DNA of 64,000 bases, taken from the NCBI GenBank assembly GCA_050950765.1, contig JBMNIF010000001.1, positions 416,001 to 480,000 of the forward strand, in the 5' to 3' direction. This DNA is from Bdellovibrionota bacterium. GTDB taxonomy: Bacteria; Bdellovibrionota_C; UBA2361; JAAYZI01. The notes beneath the pieces were generated by a model. That model made no database searches and was not told where the DNA came from. It was given only the letters and a program-made list of their open reading frames with translations. The position numbers and the translations under genes are program-made. Shown here piece by piece: positions 35,717 to 43,607 of the stretch; position 1 is the stretch's first letter, and each line of letters opens with the position of its first letter.

Positions 35717-37009
35717 TTAGTACCTGTAATGTTCAGGTTTGTAAGGACCGTCTTTCGGCACACCGATATATTCGCACTGCTCAGGTGTTAACTCAGTTAG
35801 ATGGACGTTTAGTTTCTTTAAGTGTAAACGCGCAACTTTTTCATCTAAAGTTTTAGGTAACATATAAACGCCGATCTTATATTTCTCCGGATTTGTGAAG
35901 AGTTCAATCTGCGCCATAACCTGATTGCAGAATGAGTTGGACATGACAAAACTCGGATGCCCTGTGGCACAACCGAGATTAACCAATCTGCCACGTGCTA
36001 AGACGATCAATTCTTTTCCATTAGGGAAGATAAATTTATCAACTTGTGGCTTGATATTAACTTCCTTGATCTCTTTATTGTCTGTTAACCAAGCCATATC
36101 AATTTCGTGATCAAAGTGTCCGATGTTGCAGAGAATAGCTTGGTCTTTCATAGCTTGCATATGCTTGCCTGTTACGACCTTCATATTGCCTGTTGCTGTT
36201 ACGATAATATCAGCAATAGGTGCTGCCTCATCCATCGTTACAACTTGATACCCCTCCATAGCAGCTTGTAAGGCACAGATGGGGTCAATTTCGGTGACAA
36301 GCACCCTTGCCCCAAAGTTGCGTAGTGATTGTGCAGAGCCTTTTCCGACTTCGCCGAATCCGCAAACGACAGCCACCTTACCAGCGATCATAACGTCCGT
36401 AGCACGTTTTATCCCATCTGTTAAAGATTCTCTGCATCCATAAAGGTTATCAAACTTTGATTTTGTAACGGAGTCGTTAACATTGATGGCAGGGATCTTT
36501 AATTCACCTTTTTCATACATCTGGTATAAACGGTGCACCCCTGTTGTTGTTTCTTCTGAAACGCCTTGTATCTCTGCCAATAACTCAGGATGCCTTTGGT
36601 GAACTATAAGGGTAAGGTCTCCGCCATCATCAAGGAGCATATTGGGGCCTTTATCTCCGAACTTTAAAGTTTGTTCGATACACCAGTCATACTCTTCCTC
36701 TGTCTCTCCTTTCCATGCAAAAACAGGGATACCACGTGCTGCAATAGCTGCTGCCGCATAATCTTGTGTGGAAAATATATTACAACTGGACCAACGGACT
36801 TCAGCTCCGAGCTCTACTAAGGTTTCAATTAAAACTGCTGTTTCAACTGTCATATGAATACAACCGGCGATACGTGCACCTTTAAGAGGTTTTGATTTTG
36901 AGAATTCTTCACGTACAGCCATTAAGCCTGGCATCTCTTTTTCTGCCAACTGGATAGTTTTTCTACCGAGATCGGCAAGGTTTAAATCTGCTACTTTATA
37001 GTCACTCAT
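35717..37009 (-). CDS. ahcY: S-adenosylhomocysteine hydrolase
   Basis: [43 protein letters not shown]. Confidence 0.98.
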   Translation of the reverse strand: MSDYKVADLNLADLGRKTIQLAEKEMPGLMAVREEFSKSKPLKGARIAGCIHMTVETAVLIETLVELGAEVRWSSCNIFSTQDYAAAAIAARGIPVFAWKGETEEEYDWCIEQTLKFGDKGPNMLLDDGGDLTLIVHQRHPELLAEIQGVSEETTTGVHRLYQMYEKGELKIPAINVNDSVTKSKFDNLYGCRESLTDGIKRATDVMIAGKVAVVCGFGEVGKGSAQSLRNFGARVLVTEIDPICALQAAMEGYQVVTMDEAAPIADIIVTATGNMKVVTGKHMQAMKDQAILCNIGHFDHEIDMAWLTDNKEIKEVNIKPQVDKFIFPNGKELIVLARGRLVNLGCATGHPSFVMSNSFCNQVMAQIELFTNPEKYKIGVYMLPKTLDEKVARLHLKKLNVHLTELTPEQCEYIGVPKDGPYKPEHYRY

Positions 37010-37206
37010 CGTTAAATATCCTTAATATTTAAAAGCCCACCACTTTTGTCGACTTTTTACAAAACCGCCACTTAGTGAAAACGGTGGTATGGGCACAAAA
37101 ACAGGTAATTACTCATGGTGTTTTATGAGTATATAAAACTACCAAAAACGGCGTCTTGATTATCATATTGGTGCTTTTATGTCTATCAAATGAGAAGCTA
37201 AGTAGG

Positions 37207-37980
37207 TTAAGCGTTCTCCGCTGAAGTTGGAAAATATGCCGCAAAAGTGGCTTTAGTAGCGGATAAAACACTGTCTAAAAGTGGCAAGGCACCTTCAGGA
37301 TTATCAAACTTAACACGGTGCGTGTTCTCTATGAAGCGGGATAAGACCTTAACTTTTTCAAGGTGTGAGATAAGGCTTAACTCGTATTTCAGTTCCGACC
37401 CGACATCTTCGGAGCTTTTTGCTTCAAAGCGGATCTCGCCGTAAGGGGTGATAAAATAGAGTGCTACAAAGCTGGTGGTGTTGTATTTTTTTAAAAACGT
37501 ACTCGGATCTTCCCAAAAGCCATCTTCAAGATCTGAAAAGGGGATCATTAAGTCTGTTTCTTGAGAGCTTTGGACTATTTTTAGACCAGTTGTTTCGCAC
37601 GGTGTTAATTCTTCTGAGGCTTCGCTCTCCTTTGAGAGATCAATAGCTTTAAGTGTTAAGATCAGCTCATGGATCTCCTCTACGATTTCAGCAAAAGATA
37701 GATCTGTCTGCCAAGATACCCTATAATGATCGCTGAAGATCTTGCCTGAAAAAACTTGATATTCATAAGTTTCGGCAGTTGCTGAAAAGCAAACGCAATT
37801 TAGCCCTGAAAGCTCGTCTGTGGCAGGGTATTTATCAATAAAGAAATCGCGTACATAGATTACTCCGTGTGAACTCTGCCCGATGTCATTTATCTCTAAA
37901 ACTATGGGAGCGGCACTCTCTAGTGCCATGATAGGGTTTCCGTCTTCATCCATTTGAGGGGGGTACTCCAAAACTCTCAC
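37207..37980 (-). CDS. Acidic hypothetical protein
   Basis: 257-aa ORF with AAGGA RBS before GTG; no motif recognised. Confidence 0.65.
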   Translation of the reverse strand: MRVLEYPPQMDEDGNPIMALESAAPIVLEINDIGQSSHGVIYVRDFFIDKYPATDELSGLNCVCFSATAETYEYQVFSGKIFSDHYRVSWQTDLSFAEIVEEIHELILTLKAIDLSKESEASEELTPCETTGLKIVQSSQETDLMIPFSDLEDGFWEDPSTFLKKYNTTSFVALYFITPYGEIRFEAKSSEDVGSELKYELSLISHLEKVKVLSRFIENTHRVKFDNPEGALPLLDSVLSATKATFAAYFPTSAENA

Positions 37981-38233
37981 TTTCCTTGATCTTAACAGGG
38001 TGTGCTTACGGTGTAAACCGTATTTTTAGATCGTTTGCGTTAGGGGTTTTTTCTAATAGTTTTTCGTACTTATAACACTTTTATGATGTAAAAATTCTTA
38101 TTTCTTGATGGATCAAAGTTTTGTTATATGAAGATTTACTATAAAACTAAGGAGTGAGACGATTTTTATTGGCGTAGTTTAATTTAATAAAAGAATACCC
38201 ACTAGAGAGAAATTACAAAGGGAACGAGGAAAA

Positions 38234-38721
38234 GATTTATAAAGAAAGTTTAAGGGTGGGTTTAGGTTGTTTTAATTTTGTTATTTGTAGAACGGTAGAA
38301 ACAGGGTGTTTGGATTTATAAAGAAAGTTTAGAGGTGGGTTTAGGTTGTTTTAATTTTGTTGTGTGTGGAACGGCAGGAACAGGGTGTTTGGATTTATAA
38401 AGAAAGTTTAGAGGTGGGTTTAGGTTGTTTTAATTTTGTTGTGTGTGGAACGGCAGGAACAGGGTGTTTGGATTTATAAAGAAAGTTTAAGGGTGGATTT
38501 AGGTTGTTTTAATTTTGTTGTGTGTGGAACGGCAGGAACAGGGTGTTTGGATTTATAAAGAAAGTTTAAGGGTGGATTTAGGTTGTTTTAATTTTGTTAT
38601 TTGTAGAACGGTAGAAACAGGGCGTTTGGATTTATAAAGAAAGTTTAAGGGTGGATTTAGGTTGTTTTAATTTTGTTATTTGTAGAACGGTAGAAAAAAG
38701 ATGTTTGGATTTATAAAGAAA
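38234..38721 (+). repeat. 79-bp tandem repeat, 6 units plus a partial one overlapping the start of the downstream CDS
   Basis: GATTTATAAAGAAA recurs at 38234, 38313, 38392, 38471, 38550, 38629 and 38708. Confidence 0.95.
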
Positions 38722-39378
38722 ATTTTTGGTCTGAACCGTTCTGAGACGGAGGTAAGCTTTGAGGACAGTAGGTTCTTAGAGAATAAGAAGTTGTGGAAAA
38801 AGTTGGTGGATAGTGATTTCAAGGAGGAGTATCTGCATGAATTTGCCATGCAGGTGCGAGCGCAAGATCTGCCACCTGAGGTTTTTTCGATCGTTATTTC
38901 TGCTGGTAGTAAAGATGTTGTGAGCTATTTTTTTGAAGTGGATCCCGCTAGGGGAGATGTTTTAAGTGAGCAAAATGTAGGTGATATATTAGATATCGGT
39001 GGGCTAAAGTTTGTTAAAGGTGAAGGCTTCGCAGAGATTAAAAGTAGAGAGATGAGAGCGTTGAGAGTTTTAACGGGGTACGCCGCACTTCAACCCGCAG
39101 CTTTAGCACGTCTGATGGTCTCAAATCATTGTGTGTTAGTAGCGTTAGCTCTATGGCGGAATCTCATTATGAAAAATGAGAAGTTACTGCAGATAGTGGC
39201 TTCAATTGGTGGCTATCAGAGTAGAGATTTAAAGGGGTATTGTAGAAGCCCTAAGCAGTATGTAATTGATGAAATGACCACCTTAAGGGAAGCGGATATT
39301 ATCCTCATAGAAACGATTCGAAAATATCCAGATAAAGTTTTTGATATCCTTTTTACGCAAGATCAAGAAGTCGCCTAG
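38701..39378 (+). CDS. Hypothetical protein with an N-terminal amphipathic helix (MFGFIKKIFG)
   Basis: 225-aa ORF; no family recognised. Confidence 0.7.
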   Translation: MFGFIKKIFGLNRSETEVSFEDSRFLENKKLWKKLVDSDFKEEYLHEFAMQVRAQDLPPEVFSIVISAGSKDVVSYFFEVDPARGDVLSEQNVGDILDIGGLKFVKGEGFAEIKSREMRALRVLTGYAALQPAALARLMVSNHCVLVALALWRNLIMKNEKLLQIVASIGGYQSRDLKGYCRSPKQYVIDEMTTLREADIILIETIRKYPDKVFDILFTQDQEVA

Positions 39379-39533
39379 CGCTAAAAATTAGGGCGGAATC
39401 TCTTTTTTTTAATTTATCTTTTGCTATGCTTTGTAATATTTCCCCTGTATTTTTTGGCTTTATAATTAAGGCGCTTTATTCTATCCTGCGGGGGTGATTA
39501 AGATCTGTTCTTATTGATGAGGCTTTTCCCCTT

Positions 39534-40178
39534 ATGGTTGAAAATAGTGCTGATGCTAAAAACGGTACGCCGTCTAAAAAAAGTTATAATCTCCGCAATC
39601 TCTTCTGGTATCTTATCCCATTTTTGATAGTAGGGGTGATCGGGGGTGGGATCTATCTTTTTAAGGGAGAAGACGGCGAGAGTTATGATTTTATTAAGCG
39701 GAGTGAGCCCGTTCTTGTAGGGAAGAATTATTATGTAACTGTTACCTTGATAGAGGTTACTCAAAAAATGGGGGAAGATGGTAAGGACTGGGATCCTATG
39801 GGAGGGCTTCCGGATCTATACTTTCAGATCTTATGGCGAGGGGATGAGGTTTATGAGAGCGCAGTCAAAAAAAACACCTATATCGCCAAGTGGTCTAATG
39901 CTGAGATCGATCTGAGACATTTGGCTCTGACGGGCCGTAAAGTTTCCCTTGATGATGTGGTGCAGGCTGCTAGGATCAATATTGCAGAAGATGAAGAGAT
40001 CACGATCCGTGTTTATGATAGAGATTTTATGAGGTCTGATGATTTAGCAGGAGAGTTTGTTTTGAAAACAACACAGTTAAGGATTGGAGATACTGAGTAT
40101 CTGATTGAAAAGGATAGTTTGAAGAAAATTGTTGTGCGGGTGGCTGATATAGAAAAAGGGCTTGATATCTTAAAGTAG
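39534..40178 (+). CDS. Membrane-anchored C2-domain-like protein
   Basis: Single TM, then DWDPMGGLPDLYFQI...SAVKKNT..AKW...IRVYDRDFMRSDDLAG, matching C2 Ca-binding loops. Confidence 0.7.
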   Translation: MVENSADAKNGTPSKKSYNLRNLFWYLIPFLIVGVIGGGIYLFKGEDGESYDFIKRSEPVLVGKNYYVTVTLIEVTQKMGEDGKDWDPMGGLPDLYFQILWRGDEVYESAVKKNTYIAKWSNAEIDLRHLALTGRKVSLDDVVQAARINIAEDEEITIRVYDRDFMRSDDLAGEFVLKTTQLRIGDTEYLIEKDSLKKIVVRVADIEKGLDILK

Positions 40179-40239
40179 CGTTTATACAAAGATAGTAATT
40201 TTTTTTACGTTCTCTTTTTAAGCTATAAGTATTTTCGTT

Positions 40240-40761
40240 ATGCATATACAAAACAGAAAAAACTATGGCACTTTGGCTATTGTGGTAGTAGTGCTTAGCA
40301 ATATTTTACTTGGGATAGGATTATTTGCACCGGCGATGGTGATAAAACCGGCTTATGGTCAACTTTCCGGTGTTGTTGAAGCTATTCAACCTACATATCT
40401 CGCACCCTCTTCTTATTCGATAGTCTCTGCACTTTATGAACTTTTTATGAGTGGAAGTTGGTTTATCGCTTCTGTTGTTTTAATTTTTTCTGTTTTATTT
40501 CCGCTTTGGAAGTTAGGAGTGTTGTGGAGTTGTTTAGGAAGTTTGAAAGATAGAAGAGAGATTAAGCGGCAGCTACGTTTAATAGAGTCGTTAGGGAAGT
40601 TTTCAATGTTGGATATCTTTGTAATGGCGTTGATTGTACTTTCAATAAAGGGGCTCCCTGGAGGAACTGAAGTGCAACTTAAATGGGGAGTTCCAACCTT
40701 TGCGATCTCAGTTGTATTGGCTATGCTTGCGCCTCAAATTTTAATCCGCAGCAGAGAATAG
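40240..40761 (+). CDS. Paraquat-inducible protein A (PqiA)-like membrane protein
   Basis: YSIVSAL..LF...IFSVLFPLWKL...LGKFSMLDIFVMAL. Confidence 0.85.
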   Translation: MHIQNRKNYGTLAIVVVVLSNILLGIGLFAPAMVIKPAYGQLSGVVEAIQPTYLAPSSYSIVSALYELFMSGSWFIASVVLIFSVLFPLWKLGVLWSCLGSLKDRREIKRQLRLIESLGKFSMLDIFVMALIVLSIKGLPGGTEVQLKWGVPTFAISVVLAMLAPQILIRSRE

Positions 40762-40777
40762 AGCTTTATAAAAAATA

Positions 40778-41050
40778 TTATTCATCATCCTGCAAAAGGG
40801 CTAAGATCCTACTTTCATCGAGATCTCCTTGTGCTGAAAGAAGTGTCGCAGGTGAGTCTTGTAATTTTGAGACGATATCGGCAGTTAATGAGAGGGCTTC
40901 TTCTGGTGTTGTAAGTTCAGGTTTAACGTCAGTAATGACGGAATCTTGATTCGGAGTTTTCTTTGCAGTGATGTTCAGATCTTCTTTCTTTGGGGTGTAT
41001 TGAGTAAGTTCTTTTAATCGTTGATTTGAATATGGTGTTATCTTTGACAT
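40778..41050 (-). CDS. Small protein ending in a flagellin-C-terminus-like helix
   Basis: AGAGG RBS; C-terminus ATLLSAQGDLDESRILALLQD. Confidence 0.6.
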   Translation of the reverse strand: MSKITPYSNQRLKELTQYTPKKEDLNITAKKTPNQDSVITDVKPELTTPEEALSLTADIVSKLQDSPATLLSAQGDLDESRILALLQDDE

Positions 41051-41199
41051 ACAACCTCTATTATATAAACCTCCCTCACCTTATCTTATTAAAGTTTTGA
41101 TAAACGTTCAGGATGACTTAGTAGGTTAGATGCAAAAAAGATCTAGCTAGATTCAATGTGCAGTTATGCTTGAAATATCGAACCGTTATAGAGGTAATT

Positions 41200-41600
41200 A
41201 TTGAGGGGTGCAGCCGACGGGGGTAGGGGGGTAAGACATTAGCTAGAAGTTAATTTTTTTATCTACTGGGCGCTAGGTAAATTGAGAGGAGCAGCAGAGT
41301 TAAGGGGGGTAGGGGGGTAAGATATTAGCTAGAAGTTAATTTTTTTATCTACTGGGCGCTAGGTAAATTGAGAGGGGCGGTGCAGCTAAGGGGGGTAGGG
41401 GGGTAAGAGACTAGCTAGAAGCCAAGTTTTTTTATTTACTGGGCGCTAGGTAAATTGAGAGGAGCAGCAGAGTTAAGGGGGGTAGGGGGGTAAGATATTA
41501 GCTAGAAGTTAAGTTTTTTATTTACTGGGCGCTAGGTAAATTGAGAGGAGCGGTGCAGCCGACGGGGGTTAAAACATCAGCTGGAAGCCAAGCTTTTATT
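41200..41600. repeat. 86-87-bp tandem repeat (~4.5 units) derived from the 3' end of the SH3 gene
   Basis: TACTGGGCGCTAGGTAAATTGAGAGG at 41264, 41350, 41437 and 41523; the last copy includes the stop codon of 41522..42295. Confidence 0.92.
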
Positions 41601-42295
41601 CCGCGTGATTCTACCATATACCAGTTTCCGCGTTGAAGTTTTACGGGGAGTACAGTTCCGATTGATAGAGCAAAGATGCGTCCACTTTCTCTAGATGGTG
41701 CGCTTCGTAAGACAGCCGGACTTTTTACAACCGATACTACGGCTGGAGTTTTAGCAGAAGGGTTTTTTAAAACAGTTCTGATGGTATGGAGAGTGTCGCT
41801 TATTGAAGGATCTTCTGTTGTGTAAGAATTAAAATTATAATCTCTATTTTTTTCTCTTAAAGCGCGAAGCTCTGCGTGCAGCGCTTTTATCTCTGCTGTA
41901 AGCTCTGCATTTTTATTGTACATGTAAACATTATCAGGGTGTGTTGAAACTTTTGTTATACGGGGAGTGACCTTTGAATGTGAAGGGGTAGGGGAAGTTT
42001 TTAGAGATGGTTTTGGAGGGAGTTCTTTTTTATTTTTGGAACTTTTATCTAAGCTCTTATCAGAATTTCTGTTTAAGTTTTCAGCGGGCTTTTCGTCAGC
42101 AGGTCCTCTATTTAATGAGCCTAAAATTTCATCTTCAAGTTGGATCAATTTATTATTCTGCTCTTCTAAGCTAAGAGAACCATCATCTTCTAAGCCGAGC
42201 ATCTCTAAGAGGTCATCAGCAATAACGGTGTTTGGGATAGAGAAAACCCCTATTTCGAGAAAAATTAAGGCAAAAATGAATTTTATTAGTGACAT
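41522..42295 (-). CDS. Secreted coiled-coil plus bacterial SH3 domain protein
   Basis: Signal peptide; C-terminal AVLRSAPS...LSIGTVL.V....GNWYMV....IKAWLP (SH3b). Confidence 0.8.
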   Translation of the reverse strand: MSLIKFIFALIFLEIGVFSIPNTVIADDLLEMLGLEDDGSLSLEEQNNKLIQLEDEILGSLNRGPADEKPAENLNRNSDKSLDKSSKNKKELPPKPSLKTSPTPSHSKVTPRITKVSTHPDNVYMYNKNAELTAEIKALHAELRALREKNRDYNFNSYTTEDPSISDTLHTIRTVLKNPSAKTPAVVSVVKSPAVLRSAPSRESGRIFALSIGTVLPVKLQRGNWYMVESRGIKAWLPADVLTPVGCTAPLNLPSAQ

Positions 42296-42635
42296 AGCTA
42301 TCGAATCCTATTTTATAACTGCTAGATTTTACTAGCTATAAAGCCATTAATTTGGAGTATCAGGGGTAAAGTTTAGCACGTTGTTAGATTTTAGTAAAAA
42401 CAGGGGAGTGATTTTTTAATAATTAGAGGGTGCTTTAATGGTAGATCTTCTGCTAATAGAGCTTACTAGCTGTTTTTAGTTGTTTCTATGCTAATATAGT
42501 TATAACTATATATTATCAATAAAAGTTTTGTAAAAAATTGGGTAAATAATAAAAAAGTGTTAACCTCTCGGCTAAAGTTGAAGCAGCTTGCTCTTGTGAC
42601 GAGTTAGTTTTATGAGTTGTTTTGTTGTTTAGAAA

Positions 42636-43049
42636 ATGAGTAACCCTGCAAAAGATAGCGCGCTAAAGTTAGATCCAGTAGCCGATCTAAATAATTTAAG
42701 AAGTAGTTTTTTTGTAGCTTTGGAATCTCTTCAAGATCCGCACTTGGAAGATGCACATTTTTCAGTGACACCGCAGGCGCGATCGCAAGACTTAAATCTT
42801 TCAGTAAGACCTGCTGCGCACTTGGAAGGTTTAAGGTTTCCTGAACCCACATTGATTTATGATAAAGAATTTTATCAATTGGGAGAAGTTGCTAAGGAGG
42901 TTTCAATAAGTGTAGCTGGGGAGACCTGTGTTGCTTTTGAAAAACCTATGAGAGGTGGGGCGGGACGTTTTACAGTTTACGCTTTAAATGGTCATGATTC
43001 TGGATTAAATCCTAAAGTAAAAAATTCCTCCCGAGCGCTTTCGGCTTAA
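42636..43049 (+). CDS. Hypothetical protein
   Basis: 137-aa ORF; no motif recognised. Confidence 0.5.
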   Translation: MSNPAKDSALKLDPVADLNNLRSSFFVALESLQDPHLEDAHFSVTPQARSQDLNLSVRPAAHLEGLRFPEPTLIYDKEFYQLGEVAKEVSISVAGETCVAFEKPMRGGAGRFTVYALNGHDSGLNPKVKNSSRALSA

Positions 43050-43110
43050 ACTTTAAATAGGTATTCTGGATCGGTTTTAATCAGTAGGTTGTGCGTTAAT
43101 AATTATAAAA

Positions 43111-43461
43111 ATGTTGGAGATAATTATGAGTGCACCGCAATTGATTGAAGAGATGTTTTTCGATGATGAGATTTCAACTTTCACAATCAGTCACGACGGT
43201 TCTCTGATCGCTATTGCTATCTTGGGATTGGTTGGCGTTTATCAACTTGAGAAAAATAATGGATCAAAACGGCTTATCCATCTAACGTCTTATGTTCTTC
43301 CTGAAAATCTTTTGGCTAAAACTGCATTTTTTTCTTCTGACGGCGAAGTTTTAACGATTATTACTAATGATAAAGTACGTCGTGATCTTGCAGTTTTTGA
43401 TAGAGAAAACGGTTTAATGAAAGAGCTCTTTATGAGTAATGTCTCATTAACTGCAGCTTGA
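43111..43461 (+). CDS. Hypothetical protein with WD40-like blades
   Basis: TFTISHDGSLIAIA and AFFSSDGEVLTI motifs. Confidence 0.6.
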   Translation: MLEIIMSAPQLIEEMFFDDEISTFTISHDGSLIAIAILGLVGVYQLEKNNGSKRLIHLTSYVLPENLLAKTAFFSSDGEVLTIITNDKVRRDLAVFDRENGLMKELFMSNVSLTAA

Positions 43462-43607
43462 ACAATTCGCTAAAAAATATATTTTTTAGTATGTTCCGAA
43501 TAGAGTACTTCCTTATATGATATTACGGTTAGGTGTCGGCTTTTTTCTTAAAAGCGATTTCGGCTTGCTTATACTGTAATAATTAAATCCATATATAAAT
43601 TGTAAAA

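Noticed and set aside
37010..37200. Canonical SAH or SAM-I riboswitch upstream of ahcY
   Set aside because: Conserved core motifs not found.
38234..38721. 79-bp repeat as a CRISPR array
   Set aside because: Whole units are near-identical; there are no unique spacers.
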